Below are positions 20,701 through 30,249 of a stretch of 64,000 nucleotides of DNA, one piece after another. The notes beneath the pieces are model-generated. The model worked only from the letters and a program-made list of their open reading frames with translations, had not been told where the DNA came from and ran no database searches. Location of the stretch: contig NW_025767577.1 in NCBI RefSeq assembly GCF_003918875.1, positions 310,001 to 374,000 of the forward strand. Direction: 5' to 3'. Origin of the DNA: Haliotis rubra. Lineage: Eukaryota. A program made the position numbers and the translations under genes. The first letter of the stretch is position 1, and each line of letters opens with the position of its first letter.

Positions 20701-23375
20701 ACTACCCTAGCCTATGAGTTTTGTTTTGTGCATGTATTCTGCTTTATCCTTTACTCACTTCTGCTTTATCCTTTACTTATAGTGGCTACCCTGGTATATA
20801 TAGTCTGCTTTATCCTTTACTTATAGTGGCTGGTTATGTGCTCTACTTTCTGTTTTACTTAGTAGAAACCCGATCTCTGCTGTTGTAGCATGCTAAACTG
20901 GCACGTAGAAAGGAAGTATATATTAGAAGTTGTAGCGACATTGCCAAACAGCCTCCTAGTCAGGTAAGGACAAACATTGTGGATGAACAACACGAATCAA
21001 TATCGAAACGTCGCATCACCTGAATAAAGAAGTTGTTCATCCATAAAGTCTGTCCTTATCTGACTCTCCATCTTCGAAAATATGTTGCTCTAAGAAGTAA
21101 TCCTCAAACTCCAAATCGATCCTAATCGACCAGTAAATACTATAATGCCATATAGTTCCACGATCTGATAAAGCAATTTGATTTGTCCATATCTGACATG
21201 TTATCAGTCATTCATTGGCCATTTATCAAATGCAGTCAAATGCAAGGTTCATGAAAATAATATGTACTGGCGCATTTCCTTTGAGTTCTTATTAATTGCT
21301 TACAATCATTACATGTGCGTATGAGCTTGTTTTTATCTTCGTTTTTTATACAACCAGGAGAAGGCATTTGCAGGACTCATTATGATACTTCACACATTTC
21401 AACCTACCTGTCATTGTCTCAGGTGATGTCGAGGCATTCACTAGTAACAGAAATATTGATAATTAAACCAAACATCGTATTAATTCATTAATCAAGGCAT
21501 TCAAACGTCACCTTTGTTTCACACACACGTTGCTGGACAAAATTAAGTATACAAAAATTAAAAAACCCNNNNNNNNNNNNNNNNNNNNNNNNNNNNNNNN
21601 NNNNNNNNNNNNNNNNNNNNNNNNNNNNNNNNNNNNNNNNNNNNNNNNNNNNNNNNNNNNNNNNNNNNNNNNNNNNNNNNNNNNNNNNNNNNNNNNNNNN
21701 NNNNNNNNNNNNNNNNAATCAAGCAAGCAAAAACCATTTCAAAGTAAAACATATGGAGTCGGCTAAGCACGGCAAACTTGAGTTCTATAAGACAACTGTG
21801 ATACTTCTAATCATATTCACCATCCATTAACCACTTCTCGTGTGTTTCAGTTGCTTCCACTAACCAACATTGTACACTGTCTGTTGCCACAAGTCGCATA
21901 AGACACCCTTTCATTCAAACTTCTATGGCGGCGGTGGGGTAGCCGAGTGGTTAAAGTGTCCGCTCGTCATGCTGAACACCCGGGTTCGATTCTTGTGTGA
22001 AGCCTATTTCTGGTTTCCCCCTCCGTGATATTGCTGGGATATTGCCAACAGCGGCGTACCATACTCACCCACACGACAATGTCCATACCTCGTACAATGT
22101 ATAAACACAAAGGAAGAGATTTCTGTGTTCCGCAGAGACAGGCAGTGGCTAACATTGAACGAAAGAATGACACCCGGTGTTCCGAAAGGTCAGAAACAGA
22201 TGTCAGCGTACGCAATGAGAAAAGTGTTGTTTAACGCCGCACTCAGCAATATTCCTGCTATATGGCGGGGGTCTGTAAATAATCGAGTCTGGACCAGACA
22301 GTCCAGTGATCAACATGATGAACATCGATCTACACAATGTGCCAACCAAAGTCAGCGAGCCCGTTAGTCGCCACTTACAGAAAAAATATAATGCTTATCG
22401 AAACAATACCGTTTTCAGTATTTTCAATTTCACACAGACAAAACAAATGACGTACTATTGGGATATCTATCAACATAAAGTGTTTTGTGTATTTATATGG
22501 AATGCGACTCACAAGCTTTATCCACTCATTACTAACTTCTATACATTTGCAGAAGCAGGTATCCATTGAATTGTAATGTCAGTCTATGCAATACAACAAG
22601 AATATATTGGTGAGTGAGTGAGTGAGTGACTTTAAATTCAAAGTCACATCGGCAGTATTTTAGCCGTGACTGTGTCGTGACTATGAATGTTACAAATTTT
22701 TAAATTTATTATGAATAAAAACAAGCGTAGTCAACATATATTTACCTGTCTGCAAAGGACTTTAAAATAACTAGTCTATGGCAGCTTTACACGTAAGAGT
22801 AATATAGTCATGCCAATAATTGTTGTCCCCACCCCAAGCCCCACACACACCCCACCCCCTCTCCAATTAAAAAAAAATGAAGGGGGTGACAACTACTATT
22901 GGCATGAGTATATATAACCATAAAACGCTATTCCTAGATGCAACAATACAATATCAAAATGAGCCAACAACTGAAGGTAGATCACGATACTAGGGACCAT
23001 GGGACTAACAGAACCTTTTGTACCTGCATGGACACTAGTTGGATGTACACCATCCCTTTAGCTGGTGGCAATTTACACAAATTTAGCCATTAGTGTAAAT
23101 GAACATGTAGACTTCGATTAAACAAAGTGGTCAGATTAAATATACTTTAAAAGACGTGGTCTTAAATTCACTCTCAGGGGACAATATTATTACAATACTT
23201 TAACCCCCTTTGAGGATACAGCCATCAACAATCTCAGTTACTATTTTGATCTACCAGTTTGAAATACCATTGATCTATTTACAAAACATATTATTCAAAG
23301 GAGAATACTGTTCTTACCACATGACGTCGAAGCCAGGATCACTAACACCACCATCAGAGTATAATCCTGCGACAT
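8499..23375 (-). CDS. Type I membrane glycoprotein (signal peptide - mucin - Ig-like - 2x four-Cys domain - stalk - TM - short tail), about 507 aa. Coding exons: 23375-23318, 21440-21408, 20279-20241, 18759-18727, 18408-18286, 16965-16663, 13940-13641, 10400-10101, 9594-9535, 8773-8499
   Basis: All introns are GT-AG and phase 1; the exons join into one open 1524-nt frame from MSQDYTLMVVLVILASTSC to ...KHTTVS*. Confidence 0.8.
8815..8990 (+). mobile_element. SINE family B copy
   Basis: gcttgccgtaagaggcgag core and (actc)n tail. Confidence 0.8.
9037..9221 (-). mobile_element. SINE family A copy
   Basis: Similar to 358-526. Confidence 0.85.
9535..9594 (-). CDS. Receptor exon 9 (60 bp, S/T-rich stalk EAAATITSTLTERSQSTATA)
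   Basis: Strong acceptor tttttgtctttccgcag, donor G|gtgatt, phase 1-1. Confidence 0.7.
9937..10046. mobile_element. Palindromic Harbinger-like MITE
   Basis: Terminal IRs gggtctcgatccaca / tgtggatcgggaccc with CWG flanks. Confidence 0.6.
10101..10400 (-). CDS. Receptor exon 8 (300 bp): second four-Cys domain
   Basis: PPLCTITSDKNTASLEPGTDLTLVVDIRSFYC...GDVGVSLVC...IACDGVNRL; paralog of exon 7. Confidence 0.85.
10700..12430 (+). mobile_element. Degenerate non-LTR retrotransposon (RTE-X/CR1-group-like ORF2 remnant) in a receptor intron
   Basis: FVDFAKLFDSV, RQGC, ADD, PILLYGSEIWG and RFRCSSH.L.IETGRY motifs with stops and frameshifts; AATAAA at about 12416. Confidence 0.8.
13343..13505 (+). 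mobile_element. SINE family A with 12-bp TSD
   Basis: TSD gtctttgctact at 13331-13342 and 13506-13517. Confidence 0.9.
13641..13940 (-). CDS. Receptor exon 7 (300 bp): first four-Cys domain
   Basis: Acceptor cctgctatcag, donor A|gtaagt; VPHCNISSDEDPASLEPGTQLTLTVDITGYYC...GDVTLDFIC...LTCDGVKRL. Confidence 0.85.
14450..14570 (+). mobile_element. Penelope-like pLTR relic with hammerhead-like motif
   Basis: CTGACGA-stem-GAAACGTT followed by gaagttgt...caccaacttctaaa, shared with 16520-16640, 20975-21090 and 44130-44250. Confidence 0.55.
15090..16125. repeat. Minisatellite, 44-bp unit (caaccaatcagatagccacggtctggtctgatggtgggggaaga), about 23 copies
   Basis: Direct tandem repeats without unique spacers. 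Confidence 0.95.
16150..16640. mobile_element. Inverted pair of Penelope-like pLTR relics
   Basis: 16178-16260 is the reverse complement of about 16465-16570 (cttgacaacggtatacgaatctata...cgtcgcatca). Confidence 0.55.
16663..16965 (-). CDS. Receptor exon 6 (303 bp): Ig-like (V/I-set-like) domain
   Basis: Acceptor ttcattgcag, donor C|gtgagt; strand-C Trp (FMWVRP) and STLTI...DAGTW motif. Confidence 0.85.
17365..17472 (-). mobile_element. SINE family B, partial, next to a gap
   Basis: cctgatcacccgatcccgttagtcgcctcttac. Confidence 0.75.
18286..18408 (-). CDS. Receptor exon 5 (123 bp): Thr-rich mucin segment
   Basis: Acceptor ttttcccaacag, donor G|gtattc; (ACA)n-encoded TTTTTTTPTTTTPPTTT. Confidence 0.8.
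18727..18759 (-). CDS. Receptor microexon 4 (33 bp, VNDSTIPWTTT)
   Basis: Acceptor tctcttaccag, donor G|gtatgt; paralog of 21408-21440. Confidence 0.75.
18877..19222 (-). mobile_element. SINE family C (tRNA-derived, about 350 bp)
   Basis: tRNA head gaccgcctccgtggtgtagtggttagagcg...gttcgatcc; near-identical copy at 24365-24720. Confidence 0.85.
19380..19880 (+). mobile_element. Probable Helentron-associated non-autonomous element (HINE-like), with a MITE nested at 19521-19635
   Basis: Repeated gttctgctccggaaa, (cgga)n microsatellite, terminal hairpin ccctc..gaggggg then ttataaaa. Confidence 0.4.
20241..20279 (-). CDS. Receptor microexon 3 (39 bp, DTSSTTSDTPTST)
   Basis: Acceptor tttttcttgattcttgcag, donor G|gtttgt, phase 1-1, S/T-rich. 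Confidence 0.7.
20395..20830. repeat. Minisatellite, 53-bp unit, degenerating rightwards
   Basis: ctgctttatcctttacttactacacaagttatgcttagcctcgtctgtgtgt repeats. Confidence 0.85.
21408..21440 (-). CDS. Receptor microexon 2 (33 bp, VNASTSPETMT)
   Basis: Acceptor tttctgttactag, donor G|gtaggt. Confidence 0.75.
21927..22070 (+). mobile_element. SINE family A copy
   Basis: Similarity to family A. Confidence 0.75.
22225..22378 (-). mobile_element. SINE family B copy, internally deleted
   Basis: Similarity to family B. Confidence 0.7.
22610..23250 (-). mobile_element. Retroposon 3' segment (family E) with a small IR element nested at about 22802-22912
   Basis: (gagt)n tail + gtcacatcggcagtatt + actgaaggtagatcac...ctgcatggac; also at 28155-28560, 36600-36850, 37972-38545 and 54180-54290. 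Confidence 0.6.
23318..23375 (-). CDS. Receptor coding exon 1: signal peptide MSQDYTLMVVLVILASTSC
   Basis: aaaaATG start, hydrophobic core, donor G|gtaaga; upstream acceptor ttcacag at 23394. Confidence 0.8.
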
Positions 23376-24364
23376 TTTTCCTCGAAGCAGCAACTGTGAA
23401 AATATTGCTGATACCACAACCACTGTCCTTTAACAGTTAGCATAGGGGTGAATGATAACCTTGAGGTATATCTAAGAAACTGGGCCAGATTGTTGCCCAA
23501 TAGACAGTTCATGCATTCCAAATCTCTAAATAAAACATTTTGGACGGACATCAGATTTCAAAGTAAACTTTGAAGGATATGTCAACGTGATCTGGAGGAC
23601 ATCTACCGGGCACCTGTACATAGCAAACATCACGTAATGCAACACTGGCGCGTGTTGCTTGTAATCCATAAAGAGGAGGGGTTGGCATACACATATGAAC
23701 TGATACTGCGGGGATTAAAACGTTTAGAGGGGCGTTAGCGTGAGTGCATGTCCCTCCCTAAAAATATGTCATCTCTTGCGACTACAGTTACAAATCCTAC
23801 AGACAAAATGGTACGACGAAACGAAGCACCTGTACACATAAACCATCCCCCTCTAACTCATACCTTTTGTCCCTCATCTCGACACTCCATTGGGTGCCTC
23901 ACTCATCCTATGACTGAACCGCCATCTGATCGACAACATCCAATATCGGCCGTCACCGATGTCACCCTGCCGACTTTCATTTCGACACTTCAATCATTCA
24001 TCTCACCCGTAATACTACCCACTTCACCATTTTAGTCATCCAACTCACCCATACTGCTGTGCATATCCCTTCATCTATAATCAATCTCACCCTTTCTACT
24101 ATCCATTATACCACTTTCATCATCCATCTAACCCTTTCCCTATCATTTCACTACTTCTATCATTCACCCCTTCTACTATCCATGTCATCATATCTATAAT
24201 CCATCTCACAAGTCAACCACCTACCAAACGCTTTCAACCACCCATGACTGCCGCTTTACAACTCAATACAACCGTGATTCTATCAATCACAAGGCCAAAT
24301 TACAGATCCTGACCAGCAAAGCTTCACACGTCACCACACGTCACTACACGTCACTACACGTCAC

Positions 24365-24720
24365 CGACCGCCTCCGTGGTGTAGTGGTTAGAGCGTCCGC
24401 CCGGAGAGCGGAAGGTCGCGGGTTCGATCCCCGACTGCGTCATACCAAAAGACGTTAAAATATGGTACTTGTTGGTCCCTGCCTGGCGCTCGGCATTAAT
24501 GGGTACAACAAGGACTGGAGTCAGTATAATGTGTCTGAGTGGGGTATTCATGCTTCACTGCGGCATGGTATCTCAGTGGGCTAGCACTATAAAACCAGCT
24601 TAAGTCTGGGCTAGTACAAGCAGCCACACATACACATACACATACACGCGCATGCACGTCGTCATATGAGCGAAATATTCTCAAAAACGACGTTAAAGCC
24701 AATTTCACCTCACCTCACCT
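24365..24720 (+). mobile_element. SINE family C copy
   Basis: Inverted relative to 18877-19222; flanked by tacacgtcacc repeats. Confidence 0.85.
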
Positions 24721-25127
24721 ACACGTCACCACACGTCACCACACGTCACTTCATCTAGTTTCGTACCTAGATTATCACTAGGTAAAGCTATGGACACAGA
24801 CGCTTGACTGAAGGACGCCCAACTTACCAGTTACATCAAATTAACAGGACAAGACTCTACTTGACGCTAATGAGGTACAATCTTTTGACGACAGGTTTTA
24901 GGAAGTACCACCATGCACGACACGTACTACCTTCCAGAATGCTGACAGACGTGAAATAATCCGGTGATTGCATCGAGTGTCACATCATACTGCTCTCAGC
25001 GGAAAACTTGCTACATTGCGTCATACCCTTACAAAGCTGAACTCTTGTCAATGTGTTTTCCCTTACAGGAAAAATGAATTACATTTTGAAAACTGTAAAG
25101 GTAAAAGAAATCGGTTACAGATTGAAG

Positions 25128-25293
25128 AGTGAGTGAGTGAGATTCATTTTACGCCGCTTTTAACAATATTCCAGCAATATCGCGGGGGGAATACCAGACA
25201 TGTGCTTCGCACATTGCACCCATGTGGGAAATTGAACCCGGATCTGCGGCATGACGAGCGAATGCTATAACCATCAGGCTACCCCACCGACCC
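25128..25293 (-). mobile_element. SINE family A copy
   Basis: Similarity to family A. Confidence 0.8.
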
Positions 25294-26049
25294 AGAGATT
25301 GGAGTGTTATAAGTGTATGTTTACACCGAGACGGGTGACCGACACACGACACTTTACGACACAACACGTCACCACACGACAGTACACGTGCGGCGTAAAA
25401 CTAAACTCTTGAACCTTGATGCGTTCATGAATGTCACTGATCTCGTGACAGAAAAAGCGGGGTATTGCTCAATTCACTTTAGGCTGTTTGAATGCCTGTG
25501 ATATAACACATTCATCCTATGAGCTCAAAGCCCAGCTTGTTGATATTTCTATGAACACAGCTTTGCCTGCTCATGTTGAATCAGGGCACCTACTTGTGGC
25601 CGACCATACCATGTACTTTTATTAAGCAGCTCAGCTATCTGCTGGGGATACATTGTGAGTATTCTGTTTACATAAAACATGTGACAGAGTATTATGCATA
25701 CGTGTTGTAACAACCGGCTTAGACTAAGATCAGGTAGGTTTAATGTGTGACCTGACCAGTGCTTCTTTTCTTTTTGAACAGCAGTTCAGCGGGTCCAGTT
25801 TTCAATGGGTTTGAATGTTTTGGGGTCGATAATCATTGAAAGACGGGTTCTTGTACCACCTTCCATTCGAAACCATCACAAGCGAATCCGTGCAACAGCA
25901 AGGGAAGCAACTGTTGTTCACTTTGACTGCGTGCAGGAATGCCTCAACGGTTATAGCAGCCTTAAAATACTTGACAGGAATACGCCTGTCTCGACCTGAC
26001 GCACACGCTTGGACCTTTGCAATTTGTTAAGCAATATTATTGCAGTGTT

Positions 26050-26361
26050 GGTTGTTTGGTTGGTTGGTTGGTTGTTCTTTAACGCCGCACTCACCAATAT
26101 TCCAGCTATATGGCGGCTGTCTCTGTATAACCGAGTCTGGATCAGACAATCCGGTGATCAACAGCATGAGCAACGATCTACGCAATTGCCCAGCTCTATG
26201 GCGCCGGTCTGTAAATAATCGACCAGACAATTCAGTGATCAACGCAACTGAGATACGATGACATGTGTTAACATGTCAGCCAGCCTGGCCACCGGACCCC
26301 GTTAATCGCCTCTTACGACAAGCATCGGTTGCTGAAGGCTAATTTTAACCCGGATCTTCAC
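26050..26361 (-). mobile_element. SINE family B copy with internal duplication
   Basis: gttaatcgcctcttacgacaagcat core. Confidence 0.75.
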
Positions 26362-27042
26362 TCAAAAATTACTTTACAGGCAACATCTAACGTCTTTGAG
26401 TACCACAACACTCAAGCAAGGTTATCGCTCAGCCTGGCTACCTACTCAAATCGCGTTGTATAACTATCATCGATAGCTGCAAACTATTCCAATGCAAGGT
26501 CACACACAAGAATTACACTTCATAACAACTGCATAATTTACAACAAATTTTAGGTAACGTCACACAATGTCATGAGATAATGTCATGAATGGATTGTTAC
26601 ACTATTCTTCTACACGATCCCCGCCCTCCGAACTCATACGACCTGAAACAAATGGAAGTCTGCACATTTTTTACCATACCTCCTCTAGAGACACACTTCC
26701 CAGACATAAAATCCCACAAGAGACCGTCATAAATTGAGTGAACTGAATTAATGGACCATCAAACTCCCATGACTCGTACAAAAGGTGCACATGGTTTTCC
26801 ACAATAAAACAAATATCCGTAACGCATGAAAACGCCTCACGAAAAACAGTTTTGAACTGTTACACAAATGTGCACCCTCACTGTTGTACTGTTGTCTTCA
26901 GTTTTAGAAATGGAAACAGCATTGGGATCAGGCAAAACCCATGCCATAAAAATCATCGTCTCCTCAACAAAGAAGACTGCAACGTACGTAACGACCTTAC
27001 ATGAAGATACTACTTCGGTACTGCTAAGCATTATATATGCAA

Positions 27043-27073
<31 letters not shown>

Positions 27074-27238
27074 ATATTATATATAGATACACCCACACGA
27101 TCGCGAGTCCTTGCATGTGTCCATTGGCTCGACGGTGCAGTTTACATCTTCACTAATTTAGCCAATCAGTGCTGGAGAAGCATTGTAGTGATGTCTGTAA
27201 TGTTCGACCTAGTGCTGTGTGTAGTTCTGTTAAGAACG

Positions 27239-29246
27239 ATGAAGGAGATACTGTTTGTCCTCCCTTTCTTTAGTTCACTCGCCATCGCACAAGAAGTTTT
27301 GGGGTATTTCTTTGCAAGACGTGAAACTCTAGACAACCAGAAGGCTGGAGAGATCCCTTCTTACGTACTTCGTACTGATATGCTGAGATGCACGATACTC
27401 TGTTCCAGAGATGACGCCTGTGCTGCTGTGACCCATCTTGAAGGACAGTGTTTCTTCTACAGTTCATCTCTGGCAACATCTGGCTTACCAGCTCCAGGTG
27501 CCAATAGACTCATATCTGACGTTGCAGCCCCTGGTGCCAGAACATTCTTCAAACAAGGTGAGTCATATGCCCATTGGATTGAATTCATGTTTTAATGATT
27601 TGTATATGTTTGAAGGTCAATAACTGATCTTTTGTCTTGAATCCTCCACGGGGTATCATCAATATTTTCTCCTTGTGTCCATGGTTCTTAAAACTTGGTC
27701 AATCATTAAAGCTTGAGGTGTATATTTTTCATTTATAAGTTACGATTTCACTAAAATTATATATCCTCTAAATGACAATCTTGAAGCAACAGCTGTAAGT
27801 AGCTTTATAAAGGTGTGTTCGGAGGCCAAACTTGAACGTTTGTCATTAACCCCCTTCATCCACGGGGTAGCATCAATATTATTTCCTTTGCTTATATACG
27901 TGTTTTTGACTCTATGAAAAAAATTGATAACACAGCCGGAAATATAATACTATTCTGTCAACCTCCTTAGATGCTCTTGATTTAATAGAGATGATCAAAT
28001 TCAACCACAGGCTCAACTTGAATTTGAGACAATGATACAAGAGTAGAACAAATTCTCCAAGGCTGGGGTCACTCTTAGGTTCTCCGTTCCATTCCCTACA
28101 AACAATGTATTCAAGGTGCTAAGGTGCAAGAGTGCAAAACATACACTTACATGAATGAGTGAGTGAGTGAGTGTGCAAAAATTTTAGTCACACCGGCAAT
28201 ATTACAGCCATATCGTGACTAAAAAAGTCATTTACTGATAAAAATAAAGCTTTATTATAAAATCTGTTGAGAATTAAAGCTAGATTGTAACTTTTATACC
28301 AAAGCTACATTTTGGACAGTACAATACAGAAGCGGGATATAGATCGCCAGCAACTGAAGGTAGATCCCCATACTAGTTTGGGGGGATATACAATACCTTT
28401 GCTACCTGCATGGAACCTAGCTGGATTTACGATTTACACCATCACTTCAGATATTGGCGATTGTGCTCTAATTTATCCATCACTTAAAAACACAAATATT
28501 CTACGATTAAAAACCAAGTAAATATAAAATTTACGTCGAATATTTTTGGAATTTATGTTCAAGGGATGCGTGGCTGGTACATTGTAAAGGCCAGATATCG
28601 TTCCTAATATATACGTGATTACACTCTCAATGTTGCATTTCTTGTACCATGGATAACGATGCCATAAAATGATGCTGCCCTTGTGGTATCCAGGTCCGTG
28701 CCCCGTGTCTCAAGGCTACACGTCAGTCCCGTCAGTTGACCTGTGTTTCAAATACCAAGAGATACCAATGACATGGACAGCTAACCAAGATCAATGTGAG
28801 AGTAACGGCGGCCGCCTGATCATCCTGAACACGGTGGAGAAACGTGACTACATCGTTGCCACATTGGGTAATAAGTACATATATCGTAAGTACCCTTGTT
28901 CGTCTATTTTACCAGACGTCTAAATTAATTCACTTATCTGTGAACAGGGTAGTATATGCTTAGTCGAGATCTCGGGAATGCTGGAAATAACATGGGGTAT
29001 AATGAGGCTGCTACTGTTTTAACGTATTTCATTTGTATTTATTAATGAATTGTTTCATTTCTTCTTATTGTAGCGTATGTTGGTCTCAAAAAGTCTGGTG
29101 GAGCGATCAGCTGGACAGACGGTTCAACCTATTTCCCTGGAAAACATTCGTTCTCCACAAATGGATGTGGACACCTGTATCGTGGGTACATAACGTCTTA
29201 TTATTGCCATTGGAAACGGCCATCCTTTTGTGAAATACCGGTGTAA
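27239..29246 (+). CDS. Secreted PAN/apple + C-type lectin domain protein, copy 1 (227 aa); exons 27239-27557, 28694-28885, 29074-29246
   Basis: Signal MKEILFVLPFFSSLAIA; PAN-like C.ILCSRDDAC.AVT...QCFFY; CTLD CP..GY...LCFKY...QCESNGGRLI...YVGL...W.DGS...C...C...FCE; GT-AG phase-1 introns; open to TAA. Confidence 0.9.
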
Positions 29247-29705
29247 CAATGGACAGATCAGGTATATTGTCCATCTGGCTGAAACCAGTATGTTATCGGG
29301 AAGCGTGAAACAAGAATATCATACGATCAACGCAATTATAATTATTATGTATCATTCGAACAATAACAGGCTCACTTGAGCATTCACATTTCACTTCACA
29401 TACAATCAAATACCGTTGTATTGTACACTGGATCATAGATGGATTCACAGCATGTGGCAGTGTACATTGGAAACATTTGACCAGTACAGACATGCAACCG
29501 CCTGCCCGCCTATTTGAAAAGTTCAGTACTTCATATTCCGGGTATGAAGCATCCTATTCCGGGTATGAAGCATCCTATTCCGGTTCCTGCAGCATCAGCA
29601 AATCCAAATGGATCAAGGCAAACATAAAACATTCGCGCTGTTCCAGCACTCAAAGTGTGTCTCTTACTAGCAAACTGCTGACAGTGTTAATATTCATCAC
29701 TACCT

Positions 29706-29905
29706 ATGAAGACACGGTTCAGAATTGATCTTCTGTAACCCATGCTTGTCGTAAAAGGCGACTAACGGGATCGGGTGGTCAGGCTTGGTTGACACATGCC
29801 ATTGTACCCCATTTGCGTAGATCGATGCAATCACTGGATTGTCTGGTCCATATTCGATTATTTACAGACCGCAGCCATACAGCCGGTATATTGAGTGGGG
29901 TTACG
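29706..29905 (+). mobile_element. SINE family B copy
   Basis: gcttgtcgtaaaaggcgactaacggg core. Confidence 0.75.
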
Positions 29906-30249
29906 CAAAGAAATAATACCCATCACAATATGACAGAGTCTCTGTTTTCAAACCTGTTTTTGGCTATTATTTTAAAACCACATTTCGTATCTTTTAAGAT
30001 AATAAAAAGCACATAGGTTCATCTTTACGTGTTGCTGTATTATTGTCTCGTTCATTATACCCACTACTGGCGTCGTGAGATTACTGTCATCAGTGACAGG
30101 ACAGTGACAATAAAGACGTCATCGGAGAAAAATAGGGCCCCCGGCGTAAAATGCGTGTGGGTGTTGAAGGACCCCAGCCCGTAATTCCCTGCAAATGTCA
30201 AATACAACGGTAGTTCCTTTTTAACAGAGTTCCGTTTTCTGCCTAACGG

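Noticed and set aside
21820-21860. Possible extra phase-1 microexon (VEATETHEKWLMD) on the minus strand
   Set aside because: Weak polypyrimidine tract and composition unlike the neighbouring exons
24365-24440. tRNA genes (also about 30775 and about 48392)
   Set aside because: The tRNA-like heads continue into multi-copy SINE bodies with tails and TSDs
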